Source: Candidatus Bilamarchaeaceae archaeon
Lineage (GTDB): Archaea > Micrarchaeota > Micrarchaeia > Anstonellales > Bilamarchaeaceae
Assembly (NCBI GenBank): GCA_038870635.1
Contig: JAVZJR010000002.1
Location: forward strand, 76,929-140,928
Length of the DNA stretch: 64,000 bases
Direction of reading: 5' to 3'
The notes under the pieces are model-generated. The model worked only from the letters and a program-made list of their open reading frames with translations, had not been told where the DNA came from and searched no databases. The translations under genes and the position numbers were made by a program. Shown here in pieces: positions 37,435 through 46,013 of the stretch. Each line of letters starts with the position of its first letter. Within the stretch, counting starts at the first letter, position 1.

Positions 37435-38070
37435 ATGGCTGGCGCAACTGATGTAAATCCAACGAGAATGGAGCTGATAAAGACAAAGGAAAGGATAGCG
37501 CTAGCGAAAAAAGGCCACAAACTTTTAAAGCAAAAAAGAGACGCGCTCATACTTGAATTTTTTAAAATTCTTAAGAATGCGCAGAATTTGCGCGGTGAGC
37601 TTGCTAAAAAAATAGCAGTCGCATCAAAATCTTTAGCAGTCGCACAACTTTACCATTCTATACAGGAACTTGAAAAAGTTTCACTTGATATAAGAAAGGA
37701 CATCGTGTTAGATGTTGAAGTAAAAAATGTGATGGGAGTGAAAGTTCCAACCATCCAAACTAACATTGAGAAAAGGGACTTTATGAGGATGCCTTCTTAT
37801 TCTATCCCAGCAACAAGCGCAAAGATTGACCAAGCAGTGGCTGATTTTGATGAAGTTCTTTATATGGTTTTAAAATTGGCCGAAACTGAAACTGCTATAA
37901 AGCGTCTTATATTGGAAATAGAAAAAACAAAGAGACGTGTTAATGCACTTGAGTATGTGCTCATCCCACGATTGGAAGAGCAAAAAAATACTATATCTTT
38001 CCGTCTGGACGAAATGGAAAGGGATAGCTTTGTTTCTCTTAAATCAATAAAGAGAAAGCTTGAAGGCTGA
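37435..38070 (+). CDS. atpD: A-type ATP synthase subunit D
   Basis: PTRMEL, GHKLLK.KRDAL, KTKRRVNALE. Confidence 0.96.
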   Translation: MAGATDVNPTRMELIKTKERIALAKKGHKLLKQKRDALILEFFKILKNAQNLRGELAKKIAVASKSLAVAQLYHSIQELEKVSLDIRKDIVLDVEVKNVMGVKVPTIQTNIEKRDFMRMPSYSIPATSAKIDQAVADFDEVLYMVLKLAETETAIKRLILEIEKTKRRVNALEYVLIPRLEEQKNTISFRLDEMERDSFVSLKSIKRKLEG

Positions 38071-38111
38071 TTTTTAGTAACTTTTTTAAATTTCTTTTTT
38101 CTATTCCGATT

Positions 38112-38768
38112 ATGCAATTCTTTATTGAAGATATTTCTACGATTTCATTTTTAGATTGGGCAGCATTGCTTATTTTTATTATATGTATCATTTTATCAAT
38201 ATATCTTAGAGATAGGGCTCGTAAGATGGGCCGCATGACAGGAAAGAAAATTCGTTCGGTATACCGTAGAAGTTGGGTAAAAGAAATGGTTGCACAAAAT
38301 AGTTCAAAGATTCTAACTGATGTTGTAAGAAACCAGATTATGGTATCTACTGCCCTTTTGTCCGCCCTCGTTATTTCTTTTGGTTTTGTAATCTCTCTTT
38401 CAAACCTTCTTGGTTTATATGGGTCTTTATTGCTGATGATTAAAATTGCTTTAGTCTTAATTTTAATTACCTACGCTTTTTTTATGATTTTGCTTGAAAC
38501 ACGCACTCTTGTTTATGTGCCGGTAGCTTTTAACGTCGATCCTGTTTTAATAAAAAAATATGAAAAAATGGAAAAAGAGGATTATGTTGCAAAACTTTTG
38601 CATGAATCTTTCGATCATTTCTCAAACGCCATCAGAGCAATTTTTTTTGCAATTGCCGTAATCGCATGGTTGTATAATACATACTTTTTTATTTTCATTG
38701 TTTTAGCCTTTACTTTAGTTATGGTTAGAGAGGATTATGGTGAGCGCAGCGAGATTACACTTTTTTAG
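38112..38768 (+). CDS. DUF599-like membrane protein
   Basis: R..WV..M......I....RN.IM.ST.L; F..AIRA.FF. Confidence 0.7.
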   Translation: MQFFIEDISTISFLDWAALLIFIICIILSIYLRDRARKMGRMTGKKIRSVYRRSWVKEMVAQNSSKILTDVVRNQIMVSTALLSALVISFGFVISLSNLLGLYGSLLLMIKIALVLILITYAFFMILLETRTLVYVPVAFNVDPVLIKKYEKMEKEDYVAKLLHESFDHFSNAIRAIFFAIAVIAWLYNTYFFIFIVLAFTLVMVREDYGERSEITLF

Positions 38769-38769
38769 T

Positions 38770-38830
38770 ATCAGCACTCAAGATCTTCTTCATAGAGCAG
38801 AGCCCTCAGACTGTCGAACATTCATCACAT
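38770..38830 (-). ncRNA. Box C/D 2'-O-methylation guide sRNA (dual guide)
   Basis: Minus strand GUGAUGA-AUGUUCGACAGU-CUGA-GGGCUCUGCUCU-AUGAAGA-AGAUCUUGAGUG-CUGA; intergenic, two 12-nt guides. Confidence 0.9.
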
Positions 38831-38879
38831 CATTATTGTGGTAAGCAAACATTTTAACGCTTTTCTGAGAATGTTTTAC

Positions 38880-39920
38880 ATGAAAGAAGGAATGCTTTGG
38901 AAAAATACAAGTGGTAAGAACATTCTTTGTTATCTATGCTATCGTTTATGTAATATTAAACCAAACGAAATTGGTTTTTGCAGAGTAAGAAAGAACATAG
39001 ATGGTAAACTTTACTCTCTTGTTTACGGTAAGGCTATAGCCGCTAATGTTGACCCAATTGAGAAAAAGCCATTTTATCATTTTATGCCCGGCGCTAATGT
39101 TTTTTCTATTGCTACTGTTGGCTGTAATTTTAGATGCAAATATTGCCAAAATTGGGAGATATCCCAAGTTGCAAGCGGAAAAATAGAAGGAGAAAATCTA
39201 CCACCAGAACAAATAAGAAAAATATGTGCTCTGCACAATTTGCCCGGCTGCTCCTACACGTATACCGAGCCTACGGTGTTTATGGAATACGCTCTTGATA
39301 CTGCAAAATTGTTGCGTGGAGATGGAAGGTTTAATGTTTTTGTAACAAATGGTTATATGACAATGGCTGCAATAAGAGAAATGGACAAGTACATAGATGC
39401 TTCTCGTATAGATTTGAAAGGATTTGATGATAGGATTTACGCTGATGTTTCAGGTGGTGTCAAATTGGAGTATGTCTTGCAGAATATAAAGGAACTTTAT
39501 AAGAGACAGCACATCGAGATAATAACACTTCTTGTGCCAGGTTATAATACTGATGATGATAACATAAGACAGCTATCTCAATGGGTTTATGATCTTTCAC
39601 CAGAAATACCACTTCATTTTATTGGTTTTTATCCATCTTACAAAATGATGGATACGCCGCCGACCTCTCTTGAAACACTTATACGAGCAAGAAAAATCGC
39701 ATTAGATGTAGGTTTACATTATGTTTATACAGGTAACAGACAGGATACAGAGACAGAAAGTAGCTATTGCCCTCATTGCAATACAATGGTAATAAAACGT
39801 TGGGGTTTTGAGGTTTTAGAGAACAAGCTTATGCCTGGTGCAAGATGTCCAGAATGCGGAAAAAAACTTAATTTTGTATTGGATATAGAAGAATATTGGA
39901 AAAAAAGAAAAGAAAAATAA
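38880..39920 (+). CDS. amrS: AmmeMemoRadiSam-type radical SAM enzyme
   Basis: C.LC...C, DPIEKKPFYHF.PG, GCNFRCKYCQNWEISQ, YTYTEP. Confidence 0.9.
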   Translation: MKEGMLWKNTSGKNILCYLCYRLCNIKPNEIGFCRVRKNIDGKLYSLVYGKAIAANVDPIEKKPFYHFMPGANVFSIATVGCNFRCKYCQNWEISQVASGKIEGENLPPEQIRKICALHNLPGCSYTYTEPTVFMEYALDTAKLLRGDGRFNVFVTNGYMTMAAIREMDKYIDASRIDLKGFDDRIYADVSGGVKLEYVLQNIKELYKRQHIEIITLLVPGYNTDDDNIRQLSQWVYDLSPEIPLHFIGFYPSYKMMDTPPTSLETLIRARKIALDVGLHYVYTGNRQDTETESSYCPHCNTMVIKRWGFEVLENKLMPGARCPECGKKLNFVLDIEEYWKKRKEK

Positions 39921-40589
39921 TTATCTTTTTTGTATGAATCTTGCTATATACGAAGCCAACCCGCGCGGACTTTCTGTTTGATAAAACACAGTGGCAGGTC
40001 CGCTTATCTTGAACATTATCCCTTCTCCACCAACAATTTTACTCAATAAATTCTTGCCGGCAACCATTTTTTCTATTTTTGCGTTTGAATTAGCACCAAC
40101 AAAGCAGCTATTATCAACATAAAAAGTTTCTCCAGCCTTTAGTTCTTTTTTGTGCAGACTTTCTGCACCTGCTATATAGAGTTTTCCTTTTCCCTCAACA
40201 TAAAGAAACATCAGGCCAGAACCTGCTGTTAAAGAAGTTAAGCCGCCGAATTTTGATGTTATTTTTATATCGCCTGTATGCGCTAAATATACGCCATCGC
40301 CGAGTATTAAACTGCCATCAAGGTCAATTTCCATTATTTCACTCGGTAGGATACAACCAACTTCTACTTCTGCTTTTTCTTTTGCGGTTACTTTGTTTAT
40401 GAAAAGGCTTTCGCCGCCACCTATCATTCTTAAAGCGCTTGTGGCTAAACCTCCTTGTATCTCGCTGCTTATTTCTATTTCACCAGTTGAAGATATTATA
40501 GCACCTGGTTCAATATTGACAGTTTCGCCAGCTGCCATCGAAAAGACTAATAATTCTCCAACTGTTGTTTTCTTTATTGTTGCTTTCAT
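39921..40589 (-). CDS. AIM24/TIGR00266 family protein
   Basis: GE.V..EPGA, GGESLFIN, GGEG..F...GP. Confidence 0.85.
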   Translation of the reverse strand: MKATIKKTTVGELLVFSMAAGETVNIEPGAIISSTGEIEISSEIQGGLATSALRMIGGGESLFINKVTAKEKAEVEVGCILPSEIMEIDLDGSLILGDGVYLAHTGDIKITSKFGGLTSLTAGSGLMFLYVEGKGKLYIAGAESLHKKELKAGETFYVDNSCFVGANSNAKIEKMVAGKNLLSKIVGGEGIMFKISGPATVFYQTESPRGLASYIARFIQKR

Positions 40590-40621
40590 TCAATCACCTT
40601 ATTTTAATATAAACTCATTAT

Positions 40622-41503
40622 TTAAAAATTTGTTATTTCTGTTCCGCCTTTTCCTTGCATAGCATCTTCTGCATTCTCTAGTCCGCATATTATTGCTTTT
40701 TTACCGCCGTATTTAACAAAGTCTATTGCTGCTTCTATCTTAGGCTTCATACTTCCCTCTCCAAATTCTCCATTTTCTAAAAGTTTTTTTGCTTCGCTTA
40801 TGGTTAACTTTCTTATTTCTTTTTGCTCTTTTCTACCATAAGACTGATAAACGGCAGGAACTGCTGTAACTATCAGTAAAAGATCCGCCTCTATTTCTTT
40901 CGCTATTAAAGCAGCGCACTTATCTTTATCTATGACCGCTTCTACGCCTAATCCTGCGGCTGTGAGCGGTATTCCGCCACCGCCACCTGCAACGACCACG
41001 AGGCCTTCTCTTAATAAAGGTATGATAGCTTTTCGTTCTACAACTTTTATTGGTTGGGGCGACGGTACAACTTTTCTGTAACCTCTGCCTGCATCCATCT
41101 TCATATCTGGTGAAATTTTTTTCTCGTAAAATGGTCCTATAGGTTTTGTCGGATTTTTGAAAGCAGGATCGTCTTCATCTACAATAACTCTTGTTATCAG
41201 AGTAACTGACTTTCTATTTGTTTTTCGCATTAGCGCTCGTTGAATAAAGTATCCTATTTCTCCTTGCGTCATAGCGTCGCAGACATCTAATGGCATCGCA
41301 GGCACTTCGTTGGTTGCATTTTGCTGTATTAAAAGAGCGCCGACTTGTGGCCCATTTCCATGTGTTATTACTACTTCATTATTTTCTATAATTTCTTTCA
41401 GTGCCTCGATGGCTTCTTCTGCAGTCTTAAACTGCTCTTCTGCAGTTCCTTTTTGACCTTTTTTTATAAGTGCATTTCCACCGAGCGCGATGACTATTCT
41501 CAT
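40622..41503 (-). CDS. arcC: Carbamate kinase
   Basis: ALGGNAL, THGNGPQVG, PTKPIGPFY, GVEAVIDKD, GSMKPK. Confidence 0.96.
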   Translation of the reverse strand: MRIVIALGGNALIKKGQKGTAEEQFKTAEEAIEALKEIIENNEVVITHGNGPQVGALLIQQNATNEVPAMPLDVCDAMTQGEIGYFIQRALMRKTNRKSVTLITRVIVDEDDPAFKNPTKPIGPFYEKKISPDMKMDAGRGYRKVVPSPQPIKVVERKAIIPLLREGLVVVAGGGGGIPLTAAGLGVEAVIDKDKCAALIAKEIEADLLLIVTAVPAVYQSYGRKEQKEIRKLTISEAKKLLENGEFGEGSMKPKIEAAIDFVKYGGKKAIICGLENAEDAMQGKGGTEITNF

Positions 41504-42762
41504 CTAACTACCTCCCCGAAAAGACTACCATGATTTGCGTTTTTTATTTTTACCTTTATGTAACTGCCTAATGGCCATAACCCCTTTATAACTATTTGTT
41601 TGTAGTTATTGCTTCTTCCTTTTGTGCTTTTGTTAGCGCCTTTTTCTAATGTAAGAACATCTATTTCCTTACCTATGTATTTTTTGTTTTTCTCAGCTGC
41701 GATTTTTTTTATTAATCTAGCTGTTTCTTCGCTTCTTCTTTTTATAATCTCTGTCGGAAGCTGCTTCATCGCTGCAGCTTTTGTTTTTGGCCTTGGAGTG
41801 AATTTTGACAAATTTACTATATCCGGTTTTATCTTTTTGATAAGAGCTAATGTTTTCTTGAAATCGTCTTCTGTTTCTGTTGGATAACCAACAATAATAT
41901 CTGTTGCTATTGTTACGCCTCTTATTGCTTTTCTAAATGCCTTTGTCCATTTTATGAAATCTTTTACCGTGTGCGGTCTATTCATTTCTTTACATACTTT
42001 TTCGCTTCCTGTCTGCACTGGTATATGAATAAACTTATAGAATTTTTTACTTTTCATTACATCTATTAACTCTTTTCCAAAACGGTTGAGATGTTGAGGA
42101 TTTATCATTCCAAGTCGTATCTTAAAATCACCCTCTATTTTTACTAACTCTTTTATGAGAGAGATTAGATTTGTTCCTATATCAATTCCATAAACTCCGC
42201 TATCCATTCCAGTAAGTTGTATTTCTTTTGCACCTCTTTCTATGCCTTTTTCTATCCACCACCTTATCGTTTTTGGCAAGTAGCTTTTGATGTAGGGCCG
42301 TGCCAATTTTGTTTGGCAGAAAAAGCAACTTCCCATGCAACCTTCTTGTATTGGAATTCTTAATATAGGCGCTGTGTATTCTCTCTCTACACCTATTTTT
42401 TCTTCTTTTTGCACCAACCACAATTCTTTTTTCTTTAAGGCCGCATCTATACCCTCATTTATTTTTTCTATGGCGTACGGTCCGATGACAACCGGGTTTT
42501 TTATCTCGCGTTTTATTCTATCTTTATTGACATAGAGACAACCAGCAATTACTTTTGGTTTTTTTGTTCTTTTCATTTTTTCCATTATCTTGTTTTCTGT
42601 CGCTCCCTTAACAGTACATGTGACAAAAACAACTACATCTGCCTCTTTCTCATTTTCGACTATTCTGTGCTCTTTTTTTATTATTGCCCTCATTATATCT
42701 GCATCTGCTTGATTAAGTGTGCAGCCATACACCTCAACATAAACCTTTTTTGTGCTTGTCAT
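41500..42762 (-). CDS. mtaB: tRNA t6A37 methylthiotransferase (archaeal e-MtaB type)
   Basis: YGCTLN.AD, TCTVK, AGCL, EGCMGSCFFC, TDIIVGYP, C-terminal TRAM domain. Confidence 0.88.
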   Translation of the reverse strand: MTSTKKVYVEVYGCTLNQADADIMRAIIKKEHRIVENEKEADVVVFVTCTVKGATENKIMEKMKRTKKPKVIAGCLYVNKDRIKREIKNPVVIGPYAIEKINEGIDAALKKKELWLVQKEEKIGVEREYTAPILRIPIQEGCMGSCFFCQTKLARPYIKSYLPKTIRWWIEKGIERGAKEIQLTGMDSGVYGIDIGTNLISLIKELVKIEGDFKIRLGMINPQHLNRFGKELIDVMKSKKFYKFIHIPVQTGSEKVCKEMNRPHTVKDFIKWTKAFRKAIRGVTIATDIIVGYPTETEDDFKKTLALIKKIKPDIVNLSKFTPRPKTKAAAMKQLPTEIIKRRSEETARLIKKIAAEKNKKYIGKEIDVLTLEKGANKSTKGRSNNYKQIVIKGLWPLGSYIKVKIKNANHGSLFGEVVR

Positions 42763-42813
42763 TGATTTTTTTTGCAACAATATTGTTTTTAATTACATAG
42801 TAGATTTTTCTTT

Positions 42814-43281
42814 ATGTCTCGTATTAAGTTTATTTCAATTGCAGGAAAAGAGGCACTTATTGGAATGAGAAAAAACGACGGCGGACCTTTTGGTGCAGTT
42901 ATAGTAAGAAAAGGTAAAATAATTGCGCGCGGCCACAATATGGTTTTAAAAACAAATGATCCGACTGCACACGCAGAAATAGTTGTGATAAGAAAGGCAA
43001 CTAAACGCCTTAAGCGTTTTGATCTATCTGATTGTGTTCTCTACACAAGCGCGGAACCTTGTCCAATGTGTTTTGCAGCCATCCATTGGGCGCGAATAAA
43101 AAGAGTTTACTACGGGTGTACTGCAGCTGATGCAGCTAAAATAGGCTTTGATGATAAACTCATTTACGATATACTAAAAGGAAAAGAAAAAAAGAAAGTG
43201 GATTATGTTAATATCCCTTGCGAAGAATGCAAACAAGCCTTTGAGGAATGGCAAAAAAAGAAAGACCGTATACAGTATTAG
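42814..43281 (+). CDS. Zn-dependent nucleoside/guanine deaminase
   Basis: GGPFGAVI, DPTAHAE, EPCPMC, IGFDD. Confidence 0.9.
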   Translation: MSRIKFISIAGKEALIGMRKNDGGPFGAVIVRKGKIIARGHNMVLKTNDPTAHAEIVVIRKATKRLKRFDLSDCVLYTSAEPCPMCFAAIHWARIKRVYYGCTAADAAKIGFDDKLIYDILKGKEKKKVDYVNIPCEECKQAFEEWQKKKDRIQY

Positions 43282-43616
43282 CTTTTTTTACCTTTTTTAA
43301 TTTTTTCATATTCCTCTATTGCCAATGCTAAATCATCCGTGACTGGTTCTAGTAGTTTTTCTGGATAAGGTTCTAGTGATGGATTTTCTATAGCTTGCTT
43401 TAATCTTCTTTCGCATTGTCTAATCTCAGCTAAGTAAAGCACTTTCAGAGTATCATTATCTGTCTTTTTGTATGCTTCTTTAGCTTCTTTCAGCTCTTCT
43501 TGTAGCGGCTCGATAACTAATTTTTCAAACCATTCTGGTCTTTCTAAATTATTTTTAGTTTGTTCTTGTTTTTTTGTTTTTATCACCTTTTTTCTTCTCA
43601 CAATCTCACACTCCAA
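43278..43616 (-). CDS. Orphan hypothetical protein
   Basis: 112-aa ORF (TTG start) filling an intergenic gap. Confidence 0.55.
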   Translation of the reverse strand: MECEIVRRKKVIKTKKQEQTKNNLERPEWFEKLVIEPLQEELKEAKEAYKKTDNDTLKVLYLAEIRQCERRLKQAIENPSLEPYPEKLLEPVTDDLALAIEEYEKIKKGKKS

Positions 43617-43746
43617 TAAATCTCTTTTTTATTTTTTAAAACATTTAAGTAAAAAGGTTAGTTATTTGTAGGGAATATTTAGTTAGGCTGTTAGCAAATG
43701 TTTTTAAAATACATTGTAATTATTTAAGATAAAAAAGTGATGTCTC

Positions 43747-45195
43747 ATGGTTGATACTAAAGGGGAGTACTTAATAAAAAAAACTGAAAAAGGCCCTCTG
43801 CAGAGGTTTAAAAATCAAAATCTCCTCCTTAAAAAATTTGGTGAAGTTGGCCTAAAGATTTATCGTGCTATAACTGGTAAGCGCACTATTGAGGAATTGA
43901 AAAAAGATCTTAACTTAGAAGACCAAATGTTTTATCCAGTTATAGAATATATGAAAGAGACAGAGATGGTAGAGCTTATTCCAGTTGGCGGTGCAACTGA
44001 AGAAAGAGCTGCCGAAGTAAAAGAAAAACCAAAAGCAGTTGAGAAAGTTGAGAAGCCGAAAAAGGAAATAGAAGAGGAAGCGCCGCGCGAGGTTGAAGTT
44101 CCAGAATTTGAGGAAGAGGCAGAGATAGCTGAAGAAAAGGAAAAAGAAGAGGTCCTCTCTACTGAAGAAGAAAAAGCAGAGACAGAGGAAGAATCATTTT
44201 TTGAAGAAATCGAGCCAATAAAACCAGAAAAAGTAGAAAAAGAGGAAAAAGAAGAGGTTTTAGAAATAGAAAAAGAAGAAACTGAAGAAAAGTTAGAAGA
44301 GGAAAGTGTAGAAGAATCTAAAGAAGAAAGGGAGGAAGCGCCTTCTGAAGAAGAGTACGAAGAAGAAGCTTTTGAAATAGAAAGAGAAAAAGAGGAGGAG
44401 TTCTCTTTTGAAGAAGAGCCAGAAGAAAGTTCAGTAGAAAAAACAATACGTGATAAATACGGTGATGTTGGTATTCAAGTTTACAACCTCATTGATGGTA
44501 AAAGAACAGCAGAAGAGATAATGAATGAAGTTGGTATAAGCGAAGCAAAACTAATAGAAATACTTGATTTTTTAGATAAGGAAGGAATAATAAAACTTGA
44601 ATACCCTGGCGGCAAGAAGGCAAAAGAGGAGCCTAAGGTGCCGCCAAAAGAAGAAATAGAGGAGACTGGTTTTGCTCCTATCGTAGAAATGGAGAAAGAA
44701 GAGGCCGCAAAGGAAGTGACCATTCCTAACCCAATCGAAATACCTATGAAGCTGCCCATTGACATCGTTAAATCAATACAAATAAATGCAAATCTTTTAT
44801 TGAAGTTTAAAGATGATGGTAAAAAGGTTTTTTCTTTAGTAAACGGGCAAAACGATGTCATAGATATTGCATTGAAAACTGACCTACCGTTGCAAAAAGT
44901 TTATGAAATTCTTAATTATTTAGGAGAGAACGCCATGGTTATTTTAAAGCCTATGACCCGAGACTTAGTTAAAAAGAAATACGGAGATGACGCCTTCACA
45001 ATATACAAAAGATATGGCCGAGAAGGAGTTATGCTTTATGAATTAATAGGCAAAGACCTTTCTTTTAAGGAGATGGTCTCAAGAACAACTAATGATAAGC
45101 AGCGTGCCTTGGATATTTTTGTCTTTATTCACGAAGTTTTAGGAATAGAACTCCCACTCGATAAAGAGATATTGGCAAAACAGATTGGGCTGTGA
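43747..45195 (+). CDS. Protein with four winged-helix-like repeats and a Glu-rich linker
   Basis: Repeated K(Y/F)G..G..(I/V)Y..I.G.RT..E.....; about 150-aa acidic tract. Confidence 0.8.
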   Translation: MVDTKGEYLIKKTEKGPLQRFKNQNLLLKKFGEVGLKIYRAITGKRTIEELKKDLNLEDQMFYPVIEYMKETEMVELIPVGGATEERAAEVKEKPKAVEKVEKPKKEIEEEAPREVEVPEFEEEAEIAEEKEKEEVLSTEEEKAETEEESFFEEIEPIKPEKVEKEEKEEVLEIEKEETEEKLEEESVEESKEEREEAPSEEEYEEEAFEIEREKEEEFSFEEEPEESSVEKTIRDKYGDVGIQVYNLIDGKRTAEEIMNEVGISEAKLIEILDFLDKEGIIKLEYPGGKKAKEEPKVPPKEEIEETGFAPIVEMEKEEAAKEVTIPNPIEIPMKLPIDIVKSIQINANLLLKFKDDGKKVFSLVNGQNDVIDIALKTDLPLQKVYEILNYLGENAMVILKPMTRDLVKKKYGDDAFTIYKRYGREGVMLYELIGKDLSFKEMVSRTTNDKQRALDIFVFIHEVLGIELPLDKEILAKQIGL

Positions 45196-45555
45196 TTAGT
45201 TTTTAACTCTGCTAAGTGATATTCTCTCTAAATCAAGAGGATTACCTTCTTTTTTTATTTTTGCTTTTTTTTCTCCATCTATTTTCTCTTCCCCAAAAAC
45301 AATTACCAACGCGCTTTTGCCTTTTTGCGGCGCAGTTGCTTCTAATGCTGATTTTATATCTGTTTTGCCTGCTAACCAAAGTAAAAATTCTAACTTGAAT
45401 TTTTTTGCAATATTGTACCCTCTATCAAAAGCTCTTTTTGCTAACTCATAAGCGAGCAGAATCTCTTCTTCTGACTTTGCAACATTGGGCGATATCGCGA
45501 TGGCGCTTTCTGGAATTTTTTCTTCGTTATATTTTCTTACTAATATTATTTTCAC
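45196..45555 (-). CDS. cgi121: KEOPS complex subunit Cgi121
   Basis: A..LA.RAF..G.NIA....LEFLLWLAG...I..AL. Confidence 0.85.
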   Translation of the reverse strand: MKIILVRKYNEEKIPESAIAISPNVAKSEEEILLAYELAKRAFDRGYNIAKKFKLEFLLWLAGKTDIKSALEATAPQKGKSALVIVFGEEKIDGEKKAKIKKEGNPLDLERISLSRVKN

Positions 45556-45632
45556 ACTATTCCATTGAAATGCCAACAATTTAAAAGTTGTCGTTATAAA
45601 TATTTTTCACTACTTACTTAGAGGTGTAAATA

Positions 45633-46013
45633 ATGAAGCAGTATCATAAACCACAGACAAAAAAAGTAAGTCGTGGCACAGGTGCTAAGCGCGTAAAGTT
45701 CAGTGATAAGAAGCTTGCGCACATTGGCGGTGTTTTCTCAGCAACAAAAGTGAGCGAAGAAGATGTTCGAACGATGCGAAGAAAAAGGGGAGGAGCGAGA
45801 GTTCCAAAGCTCAAAAAAGCAGCGTCCATAAATGTAGCTACTAAAGAAGGTGTTAAAAAAGCAAAAATAATACGTGTTTTGGAGAGCCACAATCCAGAAT
45901 ACGTGCGTATGAATATAATAACAAAAGGAGCAGTAGTTGAAACGAATATTGGTAAAGTGCGTGTTACTAATCGTGTAGGACAAGACGGAATAGTTAACGG
46001 AGTTTTAATCTAA
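45633..46013 (+). CDS. rps8e: 30S ribosomal protein S8e
   Basis: R.RGG, NIITKGAVVET..G..RVTNR.GQDG.VNGVL. Confidence 0.96.
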   Translation: MKQYHKPQTKKVSRGTGAKRVKFSDKKLAHIGGVFSATKVSEEDVRTMRRKRGGARVPKLKKAASINVATKEGVKKAKIIRVLESHNPEYVRMNIITKGAVVETNIGKVRVTNRVGQDGIVNGVLI

